IMG/VR virus record: IMGVR_UViG_3300040801_003188
Coordinates: 1 to 36,013 of that record
From: a virus
DNA length: 36,013 nt
Reading direction: 5' to 3' (one strand)
A program made the position numbers and the translations under genes. Below the pieces are notes generated by a model. It did not search any database. It was not told the DNA's origin and was given only the letters and a program-made list of their open reading frames with translations. Positions 9,952 to 18,202 of this stretch are shown here, one piece after another. How positions within the stretch are numbered: position 1 is the stretch's first letter; every line of letters starts with the position of its first letter.

Positions 9952-11550
9952 ATGACTATATCAACCCAAAACATTTCCGTTGAATATACGGCCAATGGGA
10001 CAGATACCCAATGGTCGTTTGATTTTGTTTGTTATGATGAAGAGGCTTTGATAGTTGAATTCAATGGTGTTCCCCAAACATTAATCAGAAAGGTAATAAA
10101 CGACGAACAGCAATCCAGCCCGGGCGGACTGGTTTCCGTATTGGATGAGCTTGGGGCAGAACTGCAGCCTGTACCTGTAGCAGGTACAGTAATAAGAATC
10201 GAACGCGAGCAACCGTATACCCAAACTACTTCATTCCCTACTTCTGGAAAATTTCCAGCAAAAGCAACTGAATATACGTTTGATCGCATAGTAATGATGA
10301 TCCAGCAACTGTACCAATACGTGGTTTCTGTTGTCATTGGATCTGGGTTTTTGCAATCGGATGACGATGCGTCCATATCTGGGCAATGGACGTTTTTACA
10401 ACCAATTACTGGCAGCGTAACTGGCAGCGCGGCCAGTGCAGCCACGGCCAGTTTAGCTGGCGATTCTGGCCTTTTGCAAGGTCAGAACGGGGCGTTTTAT
10501 AGGAACGCTGGCAATTTAAACGCTGGTCTTGTGCCCGATGCCAGGGTCCCCGCTTCATCTGTAGTCCAGCATCAGGGGTCATTGTCGATAGCTTGGACTC
10601 AATTGACAGGAACAAAAAACGCTGACCTTTTGCAGGGTCAGAACGGGGCGTTTTACAGGAACGCTGGCAATTTGAATGCTGGTCTTATACCTGATGCCAG
10701 GGTTCCTTCCTCCGCTGTATCTCAGCATCAGGGGTTATTGTCGATAGATTGGACTCAATTGACAGGAACAAAGAATGCTGATCTTTTGCAAGGCCAGAAC
10801 GAGGCGTTTTATAGGAACGCCAGTAATTTGAATGTTGGTACCTTGCCAGGGCAGAGATTTGATGACACATCGCACGGCACCAGAAGCGGCGGTAGTTTGC
10901 ACGCCTTGGCTAATACGTCGTCTCCAGGGTTTATGTCTAGTGCTGATAAACAAAAGCTGGATGCATTAGAACTAAGTGCTATCGAGCCAGAATGGGGGGT
11001 AGCCGGGTTCATAAGTGTTACATCGCCTACTTCATATGTCAGTGTTGATTTGTCCTCCTACTTGACCCCGAACGCCGGGGATAGTCAAGAATTTAAAATT
11101 TGCATAGTGGCCGCACGAGCTAATGATTTTGGTAGACGATTTTTAACTATGCAGTTTGGTATAGGAAATGTGTGGCGGCAAGATGCAATATATCGTATAA
11201 ACAATGGTACGGGCAATGTAGCCGGTCTCCATGTCGGGTACATAAACCCATCCGCCGGGGATGTTAGCCCACCGTTTGGGGTAGATTTATATGGCAGGTA
11301 TTACGAGGGCATATCCGGTGCATCCGAAGTTTCTAGACGCCCGGCTGTATTTTCTACTAAAGCGTGGGGGTATGGTGACCAGACTACAGATTCGTGGCAA
11401 ATAGGTAACAGGGCATACTTTGCTAATGTTACAGGGTGCATAACCGACATAAGATTTTATTCATCTATGTTGGTCAATAGCTCACAAGTACAAACCGATG
11501 GCATTGCTAGTATGAAAATAATTGTGTACGAACGACGTATCCAACCATAG
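9952..11550 (+). CDS. Tail fibre with an N-terminal adaptor-type domain and internal tandem repeats
   Basis: 532 aa. The N-terminus (YTANGTDTQWSFDF...GTVIRIER) is typical of podovirus fibres. It has a 52-aa tandem repeat and an ...HALANTSSPGFMSSADKQKLD motif common in phage fibres. Confidence 0.75.
   Translation: MTISTQNISVEYTANGTDTQWSFDFVCYDEEALIVEFNGVPQTLIRKVINDEQQSSPGGLVSVLDELGAELQPVPVAGTVIRIEREQPYTQTTSFPTSGKFPAKATEYTFDRIVMMIQQLYQYVVSVVIGSGFLQSDDDASISGQWTFLQPITGSVTGSAASAATASLAGDSGLLQGQNGAFYRNAGNLNAGLVPDARVPASSVVQHQGSLSIAWTQLTGTKNADLLQGQNGAFYRNAGNLNAGLIPDARVPSSAVSQHQGLLSIDWTQLTGTKNADLLQGQNEAFYRNASNLNVGTLPGQRFDDTSHGTRSGGSLHALANTSSPGFMSSADKQKLDALELSAIEPEWGVAGFISVTSPTSYVSVDLSSYLTPNAGDSQEFKICIVAARANDFGRRFLTMQFGIGNVWRQDAIYRINNGTGNVAGLHVGYINPSAGDVSPPFGVDLYGRYYEGISGASEVSRRPAVFSTKAWGYGDQTTDSWQIGNRAYFANVTGCITDIRFYSSMLVNSSQVQTDGIASMKIIVYERRIQP
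10471..10845 (+). repeat. 156-nt (52-aa) tandem repeat, about 2.4 copies, inside the tail fibre gene
   Basis: Units start at 10471, 10627 and 10783 (cttttgca[ag]gg[tc]cagaac...). They encode LLQGQNGAFYRNAGNLNAGL[VI]PDARVP...WTQLTGTKNAD. Confidence 0.9.
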
Positions 11551-11573
11551 TGACTCATTAGGAGGAAACCAAT

Positions 11574-11741
11574 ATGGCTAAGGACAAGAAAGAAGAGGAT
11601 TCATTGCTCCGCTGGCTGGGCACGGGAGCAGCATACGAGGCCGGTACTAAATTGACACCCAGTGCAGTAAAAAAACGGGAATGCGCTGCCATGGGGCTAG
11701 AGTACGACTCAAAAACACAGACATGTAAGCCTAAAAAATAA
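11574..11741 (+). CDS. Small basic protein (55 aa), absent from the ORF track
   Basis: ATG 11574 lies 7 nt after GGAGGA (11561-11566). Translation: MAKDKKEEDSLLRWLGTGAAYEAGTKLTPSAVKKRECAAMGLEYDSKTQTCKPKK, with TAA at 11739-11741. It is the last gene of the + arm. Confidence 0.55.
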   Translation: MAKDKKEEDSLLRWLGTGAAYEAGTKLTPSAVKKRECAAMGLEYDSKTQTCKPKK

Positions 11742-11750
11742 TACCAAAAC

Positions 11751-11778
11751 CCCTCCCACGCCCCGGGGCGTGGGAGGG
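11751..11778 (-). terminator. Intrinsic terminator at the convergence point of the two arms (palindrome family copy 1)
   Basis: 28-nt perfect palindrome ccctcccacgccccggggcgtgggaggg. On the - strand it is followed by gttttggtattatttttt. It lies 9 nt after the stop of the last - strand gene. Confidence 0.75.
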
Positions 11779-11786
11779 TGACCTAC

Positions 11787-12173
11787 TCAATAGGTTGACA
11801 TTTCAGTTCTTGGGGCAAAACGCGGTATTGCACTTTGCCCAACAGTTACCAAATGTGACAGCATCATTGCCCTACACAAAATGTGGTGTGCGTGATTCAT
11901 CTGGGTGTCAGAATCCACGCTGCCGGGGTCATTTTGAAATTCATTTATGTGCCGCAACAAAGACTGCATAACCATTGGAACCGTATAATACTTTGTCCAA
12001 TCCTGGCCCGGGTGTAATTCCTCCCCCATAGTCATTATTTTGGCCATATTTCTAGTGGCAACAGGACTTATCAAATCAAATCTGAGTTTATTAGTGTCCC
12101 CAGATTTTGGCCCCGACTCGGTGTTGCTAACAACGCTATCGTTTGGTTGCAAATCGACTTTGATATCAGACAT
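11787..12173 (-). CDS. mazZ: MazZ/DUF550-type dNTP pyrophosphohydrolase-like protein
   Basis: 128 aa. KLRFDLISPVATRNMAKIMTMGEE...DWTKY...SLLRHINEF...HAHHILCRAMMLSHL matches my recollection of the dATP/dGTP diphosphohydrolase N-terminal family (K.R.DLip.eal..la.vlt.G..KY...NW...RH...HLaHa.cn). It sits in a cluster with the purZ and HD genes. Confidence 0.5.
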   Translation of the reverse strand: MSDIKVDLQPNDSVVSNTESGPKSGDTNKLRFDLISPVATRNMAKIMTMGEELHPGQDWTKYYTVPMVMQSLLRHINEFQNDPGSVDSDTQMNHAHHILCRAMMLSHLVTVGQSAIPRFAPRTEMSTY

Positions 12174-12544
12174 GCATTACTCTCCCATGTTGATATAGTT
12201 GGTTTCTGGCTTTTGCTGAATCTATCGTACCGCGTTCCCATGACCCACACCCAATGACTTTCTGTGCCATCATAGCATAGCAGTAGCGGCATACCGCCGA
12301 CTTTTGTGCGTTTCCTGTACCATCTGACTTGGGTATCCCTTAAATAAATGTACCCCTTGGACCATTGGTGCACAAATTTTATTTCGATTTGATTAGACGC
12401 CCCGTTCAAAAAATAATCTACATCTGGGAATCCGGGGCTGCTGTCAGCGCATTCTATGTTGTTGGCATGCCCCCCGTTCTTTTCTATTTGTTTAATCAAA
12501 TAGTTTTGGACATCGCGTTCAGATCTTAATTGGTCCTGTCTCAT
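12071..12544 (-). CDS. PD-(D/E)XK nuclease, VRR-NUC-like
   Basis: 157 aa. SERDVQNYLIKQIEKNGG...GFPDVDYF...NQIEIKF gives a D...E-x-K catalytic signature with the VRR-NUC-type N-terminal helix. The 3' 103 nt overlap the mazZ-like gene in another frame. Confidence 0.55.
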   Translation of the reverse strand: MRQDQLRSERDVQNYLIKQIEKNGGHANNIECADSSPGFPDVDYFLNGASNQIEIKFVHQWSKGYIYLRDTQVRWYRKRTKVGGMPLLLCYDGTESHWVWVMGTRYDRFSKSQKPTISTWESNACLISKSICNQTIALLATPSRGQNLGTLINSDLI

Positions 12545-13016
12545 ACTCTTTAACCACCTTTTCTATGCTCGAAAACAAAGCCGGATACGTGTTACGAATT
12601 TTTGCTGTAAAATCGCCCCATTTGTTTAAAAGATAATCCGTAACGTTAGCAGAATGCCTACCAACCCCGTAGTCGGACAAGAACCATATAGCATCCAACA
12701 TATCGGCAGCTTTTATTATAATATATTCAGGCTCCGACAGATCCCTATTGTGACCGGAAGAGTACAGCTGTTTAGTTGAATTAAATAGTCTTTCTTTTGT
12801 TGGGGTAGGTATATCGCCATTTATTATTTCATCTAAATCATGTTCTAGCGCCGCTTTTATTATGTTATCGTCATCGATACCGTATTTTTTTGCAATGGCC
12901 CTGGCTATCATCACCACGTTAAAAGTGTGCTCCGCTAACGACTGGTCCCTGGTAGTAGATACGATTACCCATCTTTTAACGGAATGTGCCCTAAGTATGT
13001 CTTGTATATCAAGCAT
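12519..13016 (-). CDS. datZ: HD-domain phosphohydrolase, DatZ-like (dATP triphosphohydrolase candidate)
   Basis: HD motif residues: LAEHTFNV...ALEHDLDEIINGDIP. The likely start is ATG 13016 (MLDIQDIL...), 4 nt after the purZ stop, with AGGA upstream. The track start at 13154 would overlap purZ by 146 nt. About 165 aa. Confidence 0.6.
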   Translation of the reverse strand: MLDIQDILRAHSVKRWVIVSTTRDQSLAEHTFNVVMIARAIAKKYGIDDDNIIKAALEHDLDEIINGDIPTPTKERLFNSTKQLYSSGHNRDLSEPEYIIIKAADMLDAIWFLSDYGVGRHSANVTDYLLNKWGDFTAKIRNTYPALFSSIEKVVKEYETGPIKI

Positions 13017-14046
13017 TTTTTGTATCCTGGTACTCTTTAATGTCCTCATATTTTGGCCCCCATCCGGTGTAAGACACCCCAACGGATCGGTCAACATGGG
13101 CACCACACATGTTATTGATTTCTTTAATAACATGCTCTGTTGATTCAGGCGCATAATTACAGAAATTCAAAAATATGTTTGTCGGTTGGCAAGCAATTAT
13201 AGCCTGCTTCATTTGAATCCTAGAGAACGAAAATACGCGCCTAACCCTGTTTGTTACCGTGGTCACTTCTGGTTCAACCCCGATGTCTGCCCATTCTATC
13301 TCTTCCTGATCCGGATAGCCGGGGCCGGAGAATCCGTTGGGGGTATTGCCGACCCTAATTGGGTGCAACCTAGCGGATCCAATAACTTTATTCAAATAAG
13401 CGTGCGGCACGCCGCAATCGGACAAAAATCTAGCTGGACCACAATCTCTACTGGTACAATATGGCCAGAACCCAGAGTTTATGCCCAAGGAGTAACCTTG
13501 AGCCCCCTCTATTAGAATGGACCTTGCTTTGTCCATTACGTCTAGCCATGTTGCATGACTTACAACGTTCCAGGAACTATCCAGAACATCGGTAGCCAAA
13601 CATAATTTGTCTTTACTTCTACTCATCTTGTCAACCATAGCAGCCATGGACCCCTGCATTGTACTGGCGATATGGTTTAACGAATTTTGCTCCTGTTCTT
13701 TGTGCCTTTCTTGCAGCACCGTGGCGGCCTCGTGTATCAATACTACGAATCTGAGACCTATGTCACGGCAATGTTGCAATTCGCTATACAGGCGTGCCGG
13801 GTCAAACACAGAACCGGGACCAATCATCACAAATTCAGTATTCTTGCCCATAACACCAGACGGCAGAACTTTATGTACCATCTTTATGTTGTCGCCCATC
13901 ATAAAAGTATGCCCAGCATTTGGCATGTTGGCATTGACTACAACTTCGTAATCTTTCTTAAGGGACAAATACCCTGCAATCAGCCCCTTACCTGTTGAGC
14001 CAAACTGCAGATCGACAATAATGTCCGCTTTTCTTCTGTTGTTCAT
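13009..14046 (-). CDS. purZ: PurZ-like N6-succino-2-amino-2'-deoxyadenylate synthase (short adenylosuccinate synthetase homologue)
   Basis: 345 aa versus about 430 for PurA. It aligns by eye to PurA motifs. [11 protein letters not shown] matches GTQWGDEGKGK, with Ser replacing the PurA Asp. NAGHT and LPSG are present. [23 protein letters not shown] matches [32 protein letters not shown] matches GATTGRRRR. Confidence 0.8.
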   Translation of the reverse strand: [345 protein letters not shown]

Positions 14047-14048
14047 TG

Positions 14049-16298
14049 CTATTTCTCCAAGTTGATACCTAAACGAGTTTTAACAACTGATTTCAATAGC
14101 CACAGTGGCGGCACTTCAAATAACCTTGGTCCACTTTTTACCCGTTTGTCTATAAACCCTAATTCACGCAATTTAGCATAAAATATCGTGCTACCTAATA
14201 CATGCCCTTTGACCCTCTCTCTTGACCAATTGGCAAATTCTTCATACAGCATTAATCTGTTAACCCTGCTTGGCCATTTACTATCTGGGTTATCCTCGTC
14301 CGGGGTTTCGAGTGATTCTTGCTCTATAATGCGAGATACCCAATGCACAAACGGCTCAGATAGGGCCAAGCGCTCCCGTTGGTGCTCCAATGCTTCTGTT
14401 TCTGGAGCACGCCTTAGATTGTGGGTTATTTTTCTATTTTGTAGATAATGCAACAAATGCGATAGCCCGGGGCCTTTCATCTGGTCGAAAAATTTATCAA
14501 AATACGCATGGTCATTGACTTTATTGTTGGCTACATCTAGCACAAACCATCTTCGCGACTGTGGGCCAGCCGGTATGAACCAATCCTCGTTGCTGGCCAC
14601 AACCAAATGTATCATATTGCGGTGTTTAGTTACATCTATCCCTTTACGTTCCAACATCAATTCACGTTCAGTAACCAGTCCCTTCAATTTACCGGCTGTT
14701 TTCTTATTGCCGCCCCACAGGATCTCGTCAGCAAACACCAGCAATGCGTCCTGCATGTGAGCATTAAATTTGCCTGTTAAATGCTCATCATCAGTAAGGT
14801 GGACATAATGCGTGCCCAATAATTTGCCTATGGTATTAAATACCATACCTTTTCCGGCACCTTCATCGCCGTGCAAAATGATAGACGCACCTTTTGGGTT
14901 TGCCGGGTCTTGTATTAGATCAGCAAACCAATCCATAACCCAATTATAATGATCTTCGTTCCCTTTACACAAAACATCCCTAACGTGCGACAAAAATACG
15001 CTACAATCCCCCGGGCGAGGCGAGGTTGTGAACCCCTCCCAAGTATTATAATATCCTGATGGAACTTTGCCGTCTGGAAACATGCCGAGGCCATTGTGAT
15101 ATGTTCGCCTAGCCGGGCTGGCTAACCAAATATCAGCAGCTGGCTTTAATACCGGCCCTTTACTGGTGTCGATAACTACCTTTCTAGGCTCCATCCACGT
15201 CCTAAATGAATCTCTATCCAACAATGAATAGCGCGGGTCATCCGATTTGCGGTCGCTGTTTTCAACCAATATCCTAATTTTATTGCCAACCAACACTACG
15301 GCAAATTCTTGATTAAGTTCTTCTACTAGTTCATCGAACGAATTATGATCTACGTCATCCGACCCAGCTGACCATCCCGCTTTTTTGGCGTAATAAACCA
15401 GTGACCCTATTCGCACGGGGCCATCAGATTTAAACCCATTCCACCTTATGTGGCATTCGTTCTTTTTGTACCTGCTGCCGTTTTTGCTCCAACTATCCCA
15501 AACTTCTAACCCATCATCATCAGGGTATTGTGAATGTATGGCTTGCCCTATTCTTAACCATTCGTCATATGTTACTTCATTTTGGTCAATGTAATCCAAC
15601 ATCCGCCTTATTTGGTCTAGCGGTATAGGGCGCTCCACGTCTTCATTGGTCATGCCCTCATTGCCACGGTTACTGTGGCTAGGCGGTTTCCACGGTACGC
15701 CCAATGAATTGTATACGAATGGCGGTATAGCTGTTATTTCGCCGCCCGATTCCCATTCATACCGCTTACCGTTTACTATGGACGGGAATGCTACTATGTG
15801 CGATTTACAGCTGTTACTATCCCCGCCTCTAGTATCCACACCTTTAGCTATTTTACTGGTTGAACTGGTAGCATTTTCTGCCCACAAGTACAAGTAATGC
15901 TTGCCGCCCCTTGGGGTTCGTTGAACCGGGCTATCCGGCAAATCGTTACTTTCATAATTACCTATGCCGTTGCAATCTGGGGTTACATCAGCATCTACAG
16001 CAAACACCCCGCCTTCACGGCCACACGCTATTCCTATGTTATAACCAACGTACCTGCCTGAATCAGGATGAAACCAATTATCTATGACTTTTGGATTTCT
16101 TGAGGCCGCCCCATAGTTTATGGCCTGTACTAATTTACCATTTATTTGCTCTTTCCTGGGCAATCCTTTGCCATTTGGTACTATTGGTAGTACGTATATC
16201 TTGTTTTCTATGTAGTGTTTTGCAGCTAGGTATACTTTCCATTCTTGGGTATAATCATCGGTGTTTATTTGGGCAAGATAATCAGCATCGATTCTCAT
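14049..16298 (-). CDS. Bifunctional primase-polymerase (AEP PrimPol, PriCT-2) fused to a D5/P4-type SF3 helicase
   Basis: The N-terminus (GIACGREGGVFAVDADV...PRGGKHYLYLW...GVDTRGG) has AEP motifs. YDEWLRIGQAIHSQY...WDSWS resembles PriCT-2. The Walker A motif is ILHGDEGAGKGM. ATG 16298 shares one base with the pol stop (TAATG). The track start at 16334 is TTG. Confidence 0.8.
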   Translation of the reverse strand: MRIDADYLAQINTDDYTQEWKVYLAAKHYIENKIYVLPIVPNGKGLPRKEQINGKLVQAINYGAASRNPKVIDNWFHPDSGRYVGYNIGIACGREGGVFAVDADVTPDCNGIGNYESNDLPDSPVQRTPRGGKHYLYLWAENATSSTSKIAKGVDTRGGDSNSCKSHIVAFPSIVNGKRYEWESGGEITAIPPFVYNSLGVPWKPPSHSNRGNEGMTNEDVERPIPLDQIRRMLDYIDQNEVTYDEWLRIGQAIHSQYPDDDGLEVWDSWSKNGSRYKKNECHIRWNGFKSDGPVRIGSLVYYAKKAGWSAGSDDVDHNSFDELVEELNQEFAVVLVGNKIRILVENSDRKSDDPRYSLLDRDSFRTWMEPRKVVIDTSKGPVLKPAADIWLASPARRTYHNGLGMFPDGKVPSGYYNTWEGFTTSPRPGDCSVFLSHVRDVLCKGNEDHYNWVMDWFADLIQDPANPKGASIILHGDEGAGKGMVFNTIGKLLGTHYVHLTDDEHLTGKFNAHMQDALLVFADEILWGGNKKTAGKLKGLVTERELMLERKGIDVTKHRNMIHLVVASNEDWFIPAGPQSRRWFVLDVANNKVNDHAYFDKFFDQMKGPGLSHLLHYLQNRKITHNLRRAPETEALEHQRERLALSEPFVHWVSRIIEQESLETPDEDNPDSKWPSRVNRLMLYEEFANWSRERVKGHVLGSTIFYAKLRELGFIDKRVKSGPRLFEVPPLWLLKSVVKTRLGINLEK

Positions 16299-18151
16299 TA
16301 CATCCACCTGCCAGCGCTTGCACTTTCCCACCAATTATTGCCGGGTTCGTTTACCTCTAAAATAAGTGGTACTCGTAGCGGGTTGTTAGATTCTAACGTG
16401 TTTTTTACATCGCGCGCCTTTTGTGTTACCTGCCCTATTGGCAATGACATGCCGTAACTATCATGCGTGTTAAGTATAAGGCATCCATCGTTCTCGTAAT
16501 CTTCACCAAAATAATCATCCAATAACTCCCAGTTTAATTTATTTATGTCGCCAGCGGTCATCTGTATAGCTATGCCACTAGCTTTGTATGCTTTATACCC
16601 GTTAACAAACCTGAACCTGCGGCCAAACATTGTCTGTATGTAGCCGCGTGACTCAGCTAATTTTTTGGCCTTGTCGGCCAATTTTTTTACAGACCAATTA
16701 AGCCTAGCATGGTATTTGTCTATAATATCTACTGCTTCCGGTCCGGGCTTTCTATATGGTACTTTTTTGCCATTCTTTTCAAAATAGTCCCATTCCCACG
16801 GCAGTCCTATTTTCTGTGCTATGGCTCCCCTGCCAGAATTAAAAATCATACTTAGATTTAGCTGCTTAGCATTTGCTTGGCCACTATAGGTAGCATTACG
16901 TACTATGCCCATCAAATCTGCAACATACTGATGTAAGTCCATTTCTGGATTGGCCAAATAAGCCGATATCAAATTTGGATTATTAACCAAATGAGCAAAT
17001 ACCCTAACCTCAAATGACGACTCATCAGCGTCCACCCACACATGGCCGGGCTCAGGCAAAAAGCATGATTTTACTAGTCTAGCTACCTCTTTATTGCGAG
17101 AAGGTATCTGCTGCAGAGCCGGGTCCACATACGATAGCCTGCCGGTGCCTGTGCCGCCATCCGGCCCTCTGTTCTGATTGATGGTAGGGTACACCCTGCC
17201 ATCAATAGCGTGGCCCAATATGTGTTTGCCAAGAAACGTGTCCCTGGTTTTTATCAATGATCTTATTTCTATTATTAATTTGGCCCTGGGGTCGTCCATT
17301 TCGCGCAGGTACTCGGCCCCCAAACTTGGCCCCCCCTTTGGGGTTTTGCCGATCCTAAAATTGTCTACATACCATTCCCCATCTTCTTTTTGGTACGGCA
17401 CGAATACCTTAGATTTAAGCTGCGGGCCAGAGTTTACGTTTATATTATCCCCGCACAGCTTGTTTAACTCGGCTTGCTTACTTTCAATGATCGGGGTAAG
17501 TTTTTCTTGCGTCTTTTCTGATTCATCTATATCCACCCTCACCCCGCGCATGTTGGCCCTAGTGATGGCCGGAATTTTGGCGCGTTCAAAGTCTATTATC
17601 TTAGATATGCCCTGATTTTTGATCTCAGTTTCTTGCCAAAGCCAAAGATCAAGGCACAATCTAGAGTCTTGTTTGGCGTATTTTGCTGTTACCTCCACCG
17701 GAGCCTCTGATATGCGGCCAATTTGTGCCTTACGGGTAGCTGGACCACCAAACATGGCGGCCAATTCTTCGTATATGTTAGTGTCTTTTCTTTTGTCTAA
17801 ATACAAATAAGCTAGACTATCAAGGTCGTATTCATATAAAGTTTCATCTATCAACGTGGCCCTATTTATGGTACAATCCATCGATCGTATCGGCATCCTT
17901 ATGCCGGACACATGGCTCATCATATAATCAAATTTTGCCCCGTGGCAAATGATTCTACCAGCGTATCCGCTTAACTCGTTGCACAGCCACACTACAACTT
18001 TAGGGCTACGCCTTATGTCCCAATAATAATCATTCCCGTCAGGGGTCGATATTGCAACACCAAAAACTCTGTCAACAGGGTATTGTAGCCCTGTTGTTTC
18101 TGTATCATACGAAAAATAAGGGTATTGTGCTAGTTTTGGGAAGCTGTGCAC
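16298..18151 (-). CDS. Family A DNA polymerase with 3'-5' exonuclease domain (DpoZ candidate)
   Basis: Exo motifs are present: I (YDTETTGL), II (GAKFDYMM) and III (YAKQDSRL). Pol motifs are present: A (DADESSFEVRVFAHL), B (ANAKQLNLSMIFNSG) and C (THDS). The likely start is GTG 18151, 7 nt after GGAG and downstream of a terminator. The track start at 18202 is TTG. Confidence 0.85.
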   Translation of the reverse strand: MHSFPKLAQYPYFSYDTETTGLQYPVDRVFGVAISTPDGNDYYWDIRRSPKVVVWLCNELSGYAGRIICHGAKFDYMMSHVSGIRMPIRSMDCTINRATLIDETLYEYDLDSLAYLYLDKRKDTNIYEELAAMFGGPATRKAQIGRISEAPVEVTAKYAKQDSRLCLDLWLWQETEIKNQGISKIIDFERAKIPAITRANMRGVRVDIDESEKTQEKLTPIIESKQAELNKLCGDNINVNSGPQLKSKVFVPYQKEDGEWYVDNFRIGKTPKGGPSLGAEYLREMDDPRAKLIIEIRSLIKTRDTFLGKHILGHAIDGRVYPTINQNRGPDGGTGTGRLSYVDPALQQIPSRNKEVARLVKSCFLPEPGHVWVDADESSFEVRVFAHLVNNPNLISAYLANPEMDLHQYVADLMGIVRNATYSGQANAKQLNLSMIFNSGRGAIAQKIGLPWEWDYFEKNGKKVPYRKPGPEAVDIIDKYHARLNWSVKKLADKAKKLAESRGYIQTMFGRRFRFVNGYKAYKASGIAIQMTAGDINKLNWELLDDYFGEDYENDGCLILNTHDSYGMSLPIGQVTQKARDVKNTLESNNPLRVPLILEVNEPGNNWWESASAGRWM

Positions 18152-18165
18152 AGTATTGCTCCGAT

Positions 18166-18191
18166 AAAAAAGGGGGGACCAAAGTCCCCCC
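18166..18191 (-). terminator. Rho-independent terminator/attenuator between the SSB-like gene and the polymerase gene
   Basis: The - strand reads GGGGGGAC-TTTG-GTCCCCCC followed by TTTTTTAT. That is an 8-bp GC stem (18172-18179 / 18184-18191) and a T-run (18166-18171). Confidence 0.75.
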
Positions 18192-18202
18192 AATCTGGGC
18201 AA

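Noticed and set aside
9952-11550. Diversity-generating retroelement targeting the repeat-containing fibres
   Set aside because: No reverse transcriptase ORF exists anywhere in the genome. The repeats are adjacent tandem copies inside coding sequence, not a template/variable repeat pair with adenine-specific differences.
14060-14115. TTTGAA-16-TATTGA promoter-like element inside the 3' end of the primase gene, ahead of purZ
   Set aside because: Both hexamers are weak and the TGTGG is offset by one base from the -10. It lies inside coding sequence, and purZ is tightly coupled (2-nt gap) to the primase gene, so a separate promoter is not needed.
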